26,553 nt of DNA, from positions 1-26,553 of the forward strand of contig DAOPNM010000005.1 in NCBI GenBank assembly GCA_035357435.1, given 5' to 3'. Below are positions 1-7,657 of this stretch, one piece after another. The stretch comes from an archaeon. Its GTDB lineage: Archaea; Iainarchaeota; Iainarchaeia; Iainarchaeales; CSSED10-239. The position numbers and the translations under genes are program-made. The first letter of the stretch is position 1. Every line of letters begins with the position of its first letter. The notes beneath the pieces were generated by a model. It was not told the origin of the DNA and did not search any database. It worked only from the letters and a program-made list of their open reading frames with translations.

Positions 1-868
1 GCAAAATCAACCAAAAAGCAAAAGGGTTTTGTGATAATGGTAAATTAACATTCATACCATAAAATGAAGAAATAATCATAGGAACAGAAATAATTACTGT
101 GATAATTGTTAAGGTTTTAATAACCCTATTAGCATTATTAGAAATTACAGAAGACATAATATGGATTGTTTCAGTAATAATATTTGTATAAATTGTTGAC
201 ATATCAATTGCTTGTTGATTTTCATCAATAAGTGTATCTAATAAATCTTCATTTGATTCAGAATATGTAAATATGTGCATGTGAGACATTCTTTCAAACA
301 AAATATCATTATTCCGTAAAGATGTGCTAAAATAAACAAGAGATTTTTGTAAATCTAACAAACTAGTAATCTCTTCATTACGTTGATGTTTTTCTAACTT
401 TTCTTCTAAATAATCAATTTGTTTAGAAATATCTTTTAAATAATTCAAATAGGTTCTTGTAGCTAAAAGCAAAAATCTTAAAAAAAAATCAATTTTTTTA
501 AAATAAATTTTTCTTGTTTTTATTTTTTCTACAATTTCATTTTTTTTAAAAGAAATTGTAATCAAATAATCTTTTGAAAGAAAAATTCCAATAGGAATAG
601 TTGTATAAACATCTTTTTCTTTTTGTGGTGTTCTTATAATAATAAATGTATATTTCTTTTCTTTTTCAATAATTGGTATTTCATCCAAATCTTGCAAAGA
701 CAAAATATTTTCTTTAAATGAAAGAAACTCATCTTTTGGAATTTTAAGTAAATCTGCTAATATTAAAATATCTTGATCATCAGGTACAAATACATTTAAC
801 CATGTTTTTTCTTCTGGTTCTTTTAATATTTTTAAACCATTTGGTGTTGGTCTTAATATTTCTATCAT
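1..868 (-). CDS. corA: CorA-family Mg2+/Co2+ transporter, C-terminal end cut by window edge (absent from supplied ORF track)
   Basis: Hand translation of the minus strand from ATG at 866-868 stays open to position 1 (289 codons): MIEILRPTPNGLKILKEPEEKTWLNVFVPDDQD... It ends ...TLTIITVIISVPMIISSFYGMNVNLPLSQNPFAFWLIL. That is a hydrophobic helix followed by the CorA signature YGMN. The stop codon lies outside the window. Confidence 0.85.
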   Translation of the reverse strand, partial: MIEILRPTPNGLKILKEPEEKTWLNVFVPDDQDILILADLLKIPKDEFLSFKENILSLQDLDEIPIIEKEKKYTFIIIRTPQKEKDVYTTIPIGIFLSKDYLITISFKKNEIVEKIKTRKIYFKKIDFFLRFLLLATRTYLNYLKDISKQIDYLEEKLEKHQRNEEITSLLDLQKSLVYFSTSLRNNDILFERMSHMHIFTYSESNEDLLDTLIDENQQAIDMSTIYTNIITETIHIMSSVISNNANRVIKTLTIITVIISVPMIISSFYGMNVNLPLSQNPFAFWLIL

Positions 869-1014
869 GTACAGTCCATTTTTGTTAATAAAATTTAAAC
901 AACAAATAAAAAATAAATCAAAATATATATAAAATGATCTGTATAAAAAATAAATATAAAAAAAATTATAAAAAAAATTAATTAAAATTTTGAAAAAAAA
1001 TAAAAAGATAAAAT

Positions 1015-1431
1015 ATGGCAAAAGGAACATCAACAATTTTATTTTTAATAATTGGATTAGCTATTGGTTTCTTAATTGGTTGGCTTGTATTTGGGGAAAT
1101 TACACAAACAGGAGAAGCACGAGTAGCTATAGGAGCTATAGGAAATTCAACAACAGGAAAATCAGCAGCAAATTCAAATCCAGGATATACACAAATAGAT
1201 AACATAGAAAAACCAACAAATAATACAATTCCAATATATATAATTAGGCAACTACCTAACACTAATGAACTTCAATGTTTAGGACATAATAAAAATTGGG
1301 TAAAATTAGACATCACAACCATTAACGAACTAAATAATAAATTGCATAGCAACCTTTGTAAAAACATATTAGACACAACAGATATAGACACAGGAAGCAT
1401 TGTTACAAATAATGGTACACAAACACGTTAA
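1015..1431 (+). CDS. small N-terminally anchored (secreted or surface) protein, paralogue family member 1
   Basis: The 138 aa ORF starts MAKG followed by a ~22-residue hydrophobic stretch ending GFLIGWLVFGE. The same 11 residues occur in the product of 6336..6734. The rest is polar and N/T-rich. The two ORFs overlapping it look like low-complexity artefacts. Confidence 0.55.
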   Translation: MAKGTSTILFLIIGLAIGFLIGWLVFGEITQTGEARVAIGAIGNSTTGKSAANSNPGYTQIDNIEKPTNNTIPIYIIRQLPNTNELQCLGHNKNWVKLDITTINELNNKLHSNLCKNILDTTDIDTGSIVTNNGTQTR

Positions 1432-1506
1432 ATAAAAAAATGTTATTATTTATTAAAAAAACAAATTATTATTTGTACACTTGTAGAAAAATTAAAACTA
1501 AAAAAA

Positions 1507-1890
1507 CTATTTGAATTCTCTCACAAGTGTCAAATTACCTTTATTATCGTATGCACCCAAACCAATTGTTTCTAAAGCAGGAATTATTTTTCTTTTAGGA
1601 AAAAGCTTCTTCAAATTATAAACACCTGCATCACACGCTAAAACAATGGTTACATCACCATGAAGTTCATCTTTTTTAAGCATATCATAATTACAAGCAG
1701 TCCCTATTAAATCCATATCCACAACATTAAAACCATCTTTCTTTAGTCTATTTGCAAGATTCTTCATTGCCTTCTCCCCACCTGTTTCACACATAAGTGC
1801 ACATACATTACAAGAAACAATACCTATTTTGTCTTTTTTATTTAATTGCTGTTTAAGTAACCCATATGGTTTCATTTCAGTTATAATCAT
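1507..1890 (-). CDS. Cys-containing protein resembling the methylenetetrahydrofolate-reductase C-terminal-like (MetV-like) domain family
   Basis: Sequence MIITEMKP...IGIVSCNVCALMCETGGEKA...VLACDAGVYNLKKLFPKRKIIPALET matches my recollection of the family pattern MIVAExKP / GCGxCVxxCxxGGEKE / LACGAGVQ...FPxKPVxPxLNT. ATG at 1890 is preceded by AGGTGA (rc of 1896-1901). The track start at 1893 is a TTG. Confidence 0.5.
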   Translation of the reverse strand: MIITEMKPYGLLKQQLNKKDKIGIVSCNVCALMCETGGEKAMKNLANRLKKDGFNVVDMDLIGTACNYDMLKKDELHGDVTIVLACDAGVYNLKKLFPKRKIIPALETIGLGAYDNKGNLTLVREFK

Positions 1891-1900
1891 CAAAAATCAC

Positions 1901-1929
1901 CTAATTTATCCTAATTTATCTAATTTATC
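1901..1929. repeat. three tandem copies of CTAATTTATC (10,10,9 nt) directly upstream of the SD of 1507..1890
   Basis: Read directly: ctaatttatc ctaatttatc taatttatc. On the minus strand this reads GATAAATTAG x3 and runs into AGGTGA-N5-ATG. Confidence 0.8.
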
Positions 1930-2035
1930 AATCTATTTCATTATACAACAATATTATAAAAACACAAACATTTAAATATATTTTGTTATTTTATAATTAT
2001 GTAAATATATTAACAAACAAGGTAAAGATAAAAAT

Positions 2036-2509
2036 ATGAACATATTAAATTCAATAGGTTTTGATCCTTCACTTTTAGGTGCAGGGGCAATGGGTGCAAC
2101 AATTGGGTTTATATTAGGAGTATTAATTGTATTATTTTTTATAATATGCATCATTGTATATTTATACAAATGTTGGGCATGGTACACAATTGCAAAAAAA
2201 CTAAAATATAAAAATGCATGGCTTGCATGGATACCAATTGCACAATATTTTTTATACCCTATATTAGCTAAAAAAGATTGGGCATGGGGTTTTATTGTAT
2301 TACTTCCTTTAGTATTATTACCATTATTAATACTCCCAATTGCAGGAATAATTATATTTTCTTTAGGATGTTTAATAGTAACTATACTTAAAATAATTTG
2401 GAGTTGGAACATATTTGAACAAAGAAAATTCAATGGTGCGTTAAGTTTATTATTATTAATACCAATAGCAGATTTAATAATAATTGGAATTATTGCTTGG
2501 AGTAAATAA
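2036..2509 (+). CDS. multi-pass integral membrane protein, function unknown
   Basis: The 157 aa ORF has about 4-5 long hydrophobic segments and Trp-rich interfacial stretches (CWAWYTIAKK, NAWLAWIPIAQY, DWAWGF). The antisense ORF 1972..2514 is its low-complexity shadow. Confidence 0.6.
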   Translation: MNILNSIGFDPSLLGAGAMGATIGFILGVLIVLFFIICIIVYLYKCWAWYTIAKKLKYKNAWLAWIPIAQYFLYPILAKKDWAWGFIVLLPLVLLPLLILPIAGIIIFSLGCLIVTILKIIWSWNIFEQRKFNGALSLLLLIPIADLIIIGIIAWSK

Positions 2510-2622
2510 ACCAATTATCCAAAAATGTTCAAGTTAATAGCAAAATCTTTTTTTTGATTTATTAAACAATAGCCAACATACAAAAGAATATATTTAAAAA
2601 CTTATTCACTCAATATAGTTAT

Positions 2623-2919
2623 ATGGTGCCAGATATAATTTTATGGAGTATCCTTATATTGGGTACAATAATACTTACATCAAAAATAGTATCACAAACC
2701 ACCTCATTAATTGTGACAGGCGTTGGCTTAATTGTCAGCATATTTGTTTTAAACAATGTCTTATTGTCTGTATTATTCTTTTTATTGCTTGAATTTTTTA
2801 TAATAAGCGACACATATAAAATAAAAGACTATGGAAAAGCAGTACTAAAGACACTAGAAATTGACTTTGTAATAATAATTGCAGGCGTAGGCCTTTATGC
2901 TTTATATTGTATAATATAA
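2623..2919 (+). CDS. small integral membrane protein, function unknown
   Basis: The 98 aa ORF has three hydrophobic helices. No recognisable motif. Confidence 0.45.
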   Translation: MVPDIILWSILILGTIILTSKIVSQTTSLIVTGVGLIVSIFVLNNVLLSVLFFLLLEFFIISDTYKIKDYGKAVLKTLEIDFVIIIAGVGLYALYCII

Positions 2920-2925
2920 AAAAAA

Positions 2926-2975
2926 ATTTCTTTTATTTTAGAAAATTTCTTTTATTTTATTTCTTTTATTTTTAT
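2926..2975 (+). terminator. T-rich triple repeat (ATTTCTTTTATTTT x3) between convergent genes, a likely oligo-T terminator region
   Basis: TTTCTTTTATTTT occurs at 2927-2939, 2946-2958 and 2960-2972, immediately after the stop of 2623..2919. Archaeal termination typically uses oligo-T runs. Confidence 0.4.
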
Positions 2976-2988
2976 TAAAATAGAAAAT

Positions 2989-3801
2989 TTAAATTTTAAT
3001 ATATAACTTATAAACATTATATTTATCTTTTGTCATCTTCCTCATATCACGAATACCAATATTAATCTTTTTCACTTTTGTATTCCAAAAACTATGCATA
3101 TCTTTTGTTGTTGACTCCCCTAATAAAATAGAATTATTATAACCAATAGATTGAATCTTTGTTGCTACATTTATTGGTTCTCCAATTAAATCTAAATGTT
3201 GTTTTAATTTTTTATAACCAACAACAACCCTCATCACTTCTCCTGAATTAAGTCCAATTCTAAATTGAATAGGAGGAAGTTTATATTTCTTTAAAAGTGG
3301 AGTAAGATACTTAATTATATATTTTTTAACTGCATAGGCACAATATAATGCATTATCATGCATTCCACGTACATCTGGTTCTGGAAAATATGCCAAAATC
3401 CCATCACCCATATATTTTAAGACATACCCATTGTAATTATAAATAACCTCTCCTACACCTCTAGAAAAAACAGAAATCAATTTAGATATTTCTTTTAAAT
3501 TTAACTCTTGACTCAAATATGTTGATGAAACAATATCAATAGATAAAAATGCCATAAACTTTGTATCTACCTTAAGTTTAGAAATATATTCTTCACTCAA
3601 ATCAATATACTTATAATAGCGTAAAAAATCATGATCATTTAACCAATATTCTGTATCCTTATATAAATTTTCAAAAAAAAGATCCTCATTTGGCTGTTTA
3701 GGAATGGTGCCTGGTTTTAATGATTTTAAAAACTCTTCTGCACCTTCGTTTAAGTAAGTTTTCTGTTGTAATTCTGGTAACATAAATAATTCATTTCTCA
3801 T
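2989..3801 (-). CDS. class III nucleotidyl (adenylate) cyclase catalytic domain protein with an unassigned ~90 aa N-terminal region
   Basis: Cyclase homology domain motifs: FLSIDIVSSTYLS (metal Asp), KYMGDGILAYF (second metal Asp, Lys three residues before the Gly), FRIGLNSGEV, LDLIGEPINVATKI (Asp and Asn in the purine/ribose positions). Confidence 0.8.
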   Translation of the reverse strand: MRNELFMLPELQQKTYLNEGAEEFLKSLKPGTIPKQPNEDLFFENLYKDTEYWLNDHDFLRYYKYIDLSEEYISKLKVDTKFMAFLSIDIVSSTYLSQELNLKEISKLISVFSRGVGEVIYNYNGYVLKYMGDGILAYFPEPDVRGMHDNALYCAYAVKKYIIKYLTPLLKKYKLPPIQFRIGLNSGEVMRVVVGYKKLKQHLDLIGEPINVATKIQSIGYNNSILLGESTTKDMHSFWNTKVKKINIGIRDMRKMTKDKYNVYKLYIKI

Positions 3802-4010
3802 TTTTTACATATAAGTAAATATCAATACATTAAAGTATTACAAAAAACAAGCTCTAAAAAAAGTTTTTATTTGAAATAAAAAAATATAAAACTCCATAAT
3901 ATTTTTTGAACTAAATATTTCTATCTATATATCTATACAATATCAATTATATATATATCAATTAAGAAAAACATTTTTAAAATGTATTATTTAAAAATTT
4001 AAAATAAACA

Positions 4011-4730
4011 CTAATGGGTGCCTAAAACATATGGCCGCGTATATAAATATTTTTCATTTAATTTAAACAACTTATTTTCAGATTTAGAATATTCATAAAC
4101 AATAGGCATGCCTGTTGCTAATTCTAAAAATGGTATATCTTTATCTGAAATATTATCTATATATTTAATAATTGTACGAATAGTGTTACCATGTGAACAA
4201 ACCAATATATTTTTTTCTTGTTTAACATATGGATAAATTACTTTTTCAAAATAAGGCACTGCACGCTTATATACATCCTTTAAACATTCACCACCAGGTG
4301 GCCTTACATCATAACTTCTCCTCCACAAAAATACTTGTTTTTCACCATATTTTTTTGCAGTTTCTTCTTTATTTAACCCTTGCAGCTTGCCATAATATCT
4401 TTCATTCAACGCATCTGTTGAATATATTGGCACTTCTTTTTTTACTTTATCTTTAACATGTTTAGACCATTCTTTTCTTTTTTTATTAGTGTGTTCAAAA
4501 ATACCAACATAATTATCTTCGAATTCACTTAAAATTGTAGAAAGACATTGGGTAGCCCTAATTAATTTAGAAGTAAAAGCAATATCTAAGTCTATATTTT
4601 TTATATACTTTGCACACTTAATTGATTCTTTAATACCATTTTTACTTAAAGAAACATCTACCCAGCCTGTAAATTTATTATCCAAATTCCAAATAGATTC
4701 TCCATGTCTTACAAAAATTAAATAACTCAT
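4011..4730 (-). CDS. gpmA: 2,3-bisphosphoglycerate-dependent phosphoglycerate mutase (histidine phosphatase superfamily)
   Basis: MSYLIFVRHGESIWNLDNKFTGWVDVSLSKNG is the dPGM N-terminal signature (RHGE). The second catalytic His is in VCSHGNTIR. I prefer ATG at 4730 because the 21 upstream codons of the track ORF are hydrophobic junk. Confidence 0.9.
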   Translation of the reverse strand: MSYLIFVRHGESIWNLDNKFTGWVDVSLSKNGIKESIKCAKYIKNIDLDIAFTSKLIRATQCLSTILSEFEDNYVGIFEHTNKKRKEWSKHVKDKVKKEVPIYSTDALNERYYGKLQGLNKEETAKKYGEKQVFLWRRSYDVRPPGGECLKDVYKRAVPYFEKVIYPYVKQEKNILVCSHGNTIRTIIKYIDNISDKDIPFLELATGMPIVYEYSKSENKLFKLNEKYLYTRPYVLGTH

Positions 4731-4843
4731 AAATATTCTATGTTCCTCTTTTTTATTAAAAAATAATAAACAAATAAAAATAAGAGAAAACATTTAAATA
4801 ATCTTCTTTTTAATAACTGCGAAATATACATAAAAAAAGAAGG

Positions 4844-4853
4844 TTTATAAAAA
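4844..4853 (+). promoter_or_regulatory. candidate TATA box (TTTATAAAAA) for the downstream structured RNA
   Basis: TTTATAA ends about 24 nt before the first base of the closing helix at 4874, which is typical archaeal TATA-to-TSS spacing. Confidence 0.35.
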
Positions 4854-4873
4854 TATCAGTTCTAATATTTATA

Positions 4874-5020
4874 GGTATAGGGATTTGGAGCTTTTCCTAG
4901 AGAAGTTTTTCCGTAAGGAAAAGTAACAGTTGAATCCGAACTGAAGTCGTTTGGAATCTTTCTAGGTAAGATGCTTCTGCAAGGAAGCTACACACTGGAT
5001 CCAAATTTATCCCCTATACC
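4874..5020 (+). ncRNA. structured non-coding RNA candidate (~147 nt), class unassigned; possibly a divergent 5S-like rRNA
   Basis: No ORF. G+C is about 41% by hand count in a far more AT-rich spacer. Closing helix: 4874-4882/5012-5020 (9 bp) plus 4883-4888/5001-5006 (6 bp). Helix 4896-4903/4959-4966. Hairpin 4907-4912/4917-4922 has a GUAA loop. Hairpin 4932-4941/4949-4958. Hairpin 4973-4978/4983-4988 has a GCAA loop. The element is followed by TTTTT at 5021-5025. GNRA loops exist only on the + strand. Confidence 0.55.
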
Positions 5021-5145
5021 TTTTTAATAAATCTAATTTTGCTTTTTATCTTTTTTATTATCTAGACATTTATTATCTACATGTTTTTATATAAATATAG
5101 GCCCATAATAACACATGAAATATTGGACAAATTTATTTTTGCAAA

Positions 5146-5162
5146 ACATTATTTCTTGGACA
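5146..5162 (-). repeat. dispersed intergenic motif copy (rc = TGTCCAAGAAATAATGT); a degenerate tandem partner lies at 5111-5129
   Basis: Read directly. Both copies are followed by AATTTATTTTT. Confidence 0.6.
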
Positions 5163-5320
5163 ATTTATTTTTTACTAAAAATTAATTAAAAATTAATTTA
5201 TTAAATAATAAATTATTTAAATAATAAATTACTTAAATAATTAACAATTAATTAAAACTAATTAAAAACTCTGTTTTTAAAATAATTGGATATTATATAA
5301 TATATACAATAGATAGTTCT

Positions 5321-5393
5321 GGTTCTGTGGTCTAGTGGTTATGACATTGCCTTCACATGGCAAAGATCCCCAGTTCGAATCTGGGCAGAACCA
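5321..5393 (+). tRNA. tRNA-Val (anticodon CAC), no encoded CCA, no intron
   Basis: Cloverleaf folded by hand: acceptor GGTTCTG/CAGAACC, D arm GTCT-AGTGGTTA-TGAC, anticodon stem TTGCC/GGCAA with loop TTCACAT, variable AGATC, T arm CCCAG-TTCGAAT-CTGGG, discriminator A. Confidence 0.95.
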
Positions 5394-5418
5394 TTATATG
5401 TATAAAACACAGATTCAA

Positions 5419-5862
5419 ATGGTTATAAAAATAGGCAAATCGTCAACAAATAAAAAAATGCATTACTCTGTTGGGGCAATTATTGAAAAAAACAAGAAAT
5501 ATCTTATTATTGACAGGGCAATATTTCCATATGGTTATGCAGGAATTGCTGGACACATAGATATTGAAGACAAAACTCCTGGATATGCAATAAAACGAGA
5601 AATAAAAGAAGAATCAGGGTATAGTGCAAAAAATTGTAATTTACTTTTCAAAGAAGAGATAGAAAACAATCCATGTTCAAGAGGAGCAAGCACACATTAT
5701 TGGTATTTATACAAATGTGAAGTCTCTGGAAGAATAAAACAAAACAAAAAAGAAACAAAATCAATAGGATGGTACACAAAACAACAAATACAAAAACTTT
5801 ACAAACAAAAAAAACTAGAACCTGTATGGGAATATTGGTTTAAAAAATTAAATATCATTTAA
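5419..5862 (+). CDS. Nudix hydrolase
   Basis: Nudix box GHIDIEDKTPGYAIKREIKEESGY (REUxEExGU present). The track ORF start at 5335 lies inside the tRNA. In-frame ATGs at 5398, 5419 and 5458 are all possible, so the start is uncertain. Confidence 0.8.
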   Translation: MVIKIGKSSTNKKMHYSVGAIIEKNKKYLIIDRAIFPYGYAGIAGHIDIEDKTPGYAIKREIKEESGYSAKNCNLLFKEEIENNPCSRGASTHYWYLYKCEVSGRIKQNKKETKSIGWYTKQQIQKLYKQKKLEPVWEYWFKKLNII

Positions 5863-6335
5863 CTTCTATTATTTTTGTTAATACCCCTACTATAAACCAG
5901 TGAAAAATAACTTTTTTTAGATTTTACTTGTCTATTTTCTTTATTCTATTTTTTTCTTTTCATTTTTTTGTCTCATTTTATTATATTTGTTTTTTAAGGG
6001 ATTAAACTAAATTGAAAAAAATGAAAAAAATGAAATATCTGGACATTTACTATGCTTCAAAAAACATATATAAAACATAAAACATAATATATAAAATAAT
6101 ATAAAATTTTTTAGAAAATTTTTTAGAAAATAAGATAATATAAAATAAATTAAATATACATAACAACTATGTGACAAATATTAAAGACATAAAAAGTTTT
6201 ACAAAAAAGTTTTGCAGAACTGCAGAAAAAATAGGAAAATTAAGCATTTTCTAAAGATTTCTTTATTTATAGGCGTAGATTCGGCATAAGAATCATTATA
6301 CGGAATAGATTTTTAACCAATTTAGCATAATTTTT

Positions 6336-6734
6336 TTAATTTTCGCCACAGCATGGGCAAGATACAGCACCACAACACACACAAATTCTTTCAGAAGAGG
6401 TTGACGTAAACAATGGACTTCCTTGAACTAAAAATCCATATTGGAAAAAACCAGACTGATTAGCAACACATTGTTTTTCCATAGAAATTAATGTAGTACA
6501 AAGACCAGAAATTTGCCAATTGCTTTCATAACCAGTAATATTATTGATATATGTACATTTTGCCCAACAATAATCAGGATCAATTATATCTTTTTGCTCT
6601 TTTTGAGAATGTGCAGCAATATAACTTTCACCAATAGTTTCTGTTTCACCAAAAACCAACCACCCAATCAAAAAACCAACAACAAATGCAATGACAATAA
6701 TTAATACCAAATTATAACCTTTATTTGAAACCAT
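6336..6734 (-). CDS. small N-terminally anchored Cys-rich protein, paralogue family member 2
   Basis: ATG at 6734 is preceded by GGTGA-N5. The track start at 6746 is TTG. The protein starts MVSNKG plus a hydrophobic stretch ending GFLIGWLVFGE. The ectodomain has 10 Cys and ends CVCCGAVSCPCCGEN. Confidence 0.6.
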   Translation of the reverse strand: MVSNKGYNLVLIIVIAFVVGFLIGWLVFGETETIGESYIAAHSQKEQKDIIDPDYCWAKCTYINNITGYESNWQISGLCTTLISMEKQCVANQSGFFQYGFLVQGSPLFTSTSSERICVCCGAVSCPCCGEN

Positions 6735-6826
6735 TTGCTTCACCAAATTTACATTTCATAATATCTTATATATATGTATTACACCAACACATTTATTAAC
6801 ATATATTAACGTGGCCAAATATAACA

Positions 6827-6845
6827 TGTCCAACAAATCATGTGT
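6827..6845 (+). repeat. dispersed intergenic motif copy TGTCCAACAAATCATGTGT; a degenerate partner TGGCCAAATATAACATGT lies at 6812-6829
   Basis: Read directly. It lies 7 nt beyond the vapC stop. Confidence 0.55.
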
Positions 6846-6851
6846 AGAACA

Positions 6852-7295
6852 CTATTTTTTTATTTTTATTTTTTTATTAAAAGGATTTATGACTTTAATT
6901 CCTGAAATTTTTTTAAAATCCATAGTGTTTTCAGTATAAATTGTTCGTATTCCATTTTCCAACATGGTTTGAACCAACAAAGCATCAAAAAAATAAATAT
7001 TTTTTTCAAAACATAACTCAAGAGCATCAATTATTGTATTTGAAGAACAAGATACCATATTAAACATATTCTGTATATTATTAATATCTTTTCTTAAAAT
7101 ATCTACATCTGATACTTTTAATTTATATTTTGTTATATTTATATATTCTACAAGCGTTTGTACACTAACATATGCTGCATTTGTATTATGAAGTTTAATA
7201 AGAAAATCTCTGGCTATTTCCTTTTTTTCTAGAGACTCTGCATTTGTATATGCTGCAATAAATATACTCGTGTCTATTAAGCATTTATCTTTCAT
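6852..7295 (-). CDS. vapC: PIN-domain ribonuclease, VapC-like toxin
   Basis: MKDKCLIDTSIFIAAY (first acidic residue) and FFDALLVQTMLENGIRTIYTENTMDF (distal acidic residues) fit the PIN pattern. The start overlaps the upstream small gene by 11 nt. Confidence 0.8.
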   Translation of the reverse strand: MKDKCLIDTSIFIAAYTNAESLEKKEIARDFLIKLHNTNAAYVSVQTLVEYINITKYKLKVSDVDILRKDINNIQNMFNMVSCSSNTIIDALELCFEKNIYFFDALLVQTMLENGIRTIYTENTMDFKKISGIKVINPFNKKIKIKK

Positions 7296-7530
7296 AATAC
7301 TCAACCCTTGCCTTTGGTATTTTTGAACCCTTACCAACTTTTGCACATTTTTCTTTAGAAGTTAACTCCATAAAATTTTGTACCGCCTCATTCCTCTCAT
7401 TCCTAAGTTTTGTAATTGAATGCACAATTGTTTTACTTAATGCATCTTTTCTGGAGCCATACATCATTTTAGCGGTACTTCTTAATATATTTTCTGATTC
7501 TTTATCCATAGATATAGTAATTATTCCCAT
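7285..7530 (-). CDS. vapB: VapB-like antitoxin (probable ribbon-helix-helix)
   Basis: 81 aa from ATG 7530. MGIITISMDKESENILRSTAKMM resembles a beta-strand-helix RHH N-terminus. It lies immediately 5' of, and overlaps, the PIN gene. The upstream 21 codons of the track ORF are hydrophobic and were not counted. Confidence 0.6.
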   Translation of the reverse strand: MGIITISMDKESENILRSTAKMMYGSRKDALSKTIVHSITKLRNERNEAVQNFMELTSKEKCAKVGKGSKIPKARVEYYER

Positions 7531-7657
7531 ATAAATCACCAAAAATAAAATAAACCAAAACATATTTAAATAGATATGTTTTAAATAAAACAATATTTAA
7601 TTAATTTAATATTTAAATATATATTTATGTAATAAATGTGTGTTTAAAAAATATACA

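Noticed and set aside
978-2813. ORFs 978..1262(-), 990..1202(+), 1972..2514(-) and 2619..2813(-).
   Set aside because: They overlap better candidates (1015..1431, 2036..2509, 2623..2919) and have repetitive I/N/K composition with no motif or SD. The choice among overlapping frames at 978-1431 is still only moderately certain.
4874-5020. Assigning the structured RNA to RNase P RNA, SRP RNA, TPP riboswitch, C/D or H/ACA sRNA, or an intron-containing or split tRNA.
   Set aside because: There is no GAGGAAAGUCC-type CR-I and the element is far too short for RNase P. The hairpin with a GCAA loop lacks the symmetric and asymmetric internal loops of SRP helix 8, and there is no Alu or helix 6 equivalent. 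There is no CUGAGA / ACCUGAUCUGGAUAAUGCCAGCG core, no RUGAUGA/CUGA box pair, and no cloverleaf. The 5S-like idea is kept only as a low-confidence hypothesis.
5335-5418. The 5' part of track ORF 5335..5862 (MVMTLPSHGKDPQFESGQNH…).
   Set aside because: These codons are the tRNA-Val gene read as protein. The Nudix gene must start at a downstream ATG (5398, 5419 or 5458).
6265-6300. A slightly G+C-richer patch (ataggcgtagattcggcataagaatcattatacggaatag) downstream of the Cys-rich gene, considered as a small RNA or terminator hairpin.
   Set aside because: Only a 5-bp stem (GATTC/GAATC) can be drawn. That is too weak to call.
5021-6335. AT-rich tandem words in the long spacers. Examples are AATAATAAATTAYTTAAAT x2 near 5205-5245, TTTTTTAGAAAA x2 near 6107-6130, ATGAAAAAA x2 near 6020-6037 and AAAAGTTTTRCA x2 near 6203-6228.
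   Set aside because: These are short, low-complexity and expected by chance at this base composition. There is no supporting structure or positional logic beyond the separately reported motif.
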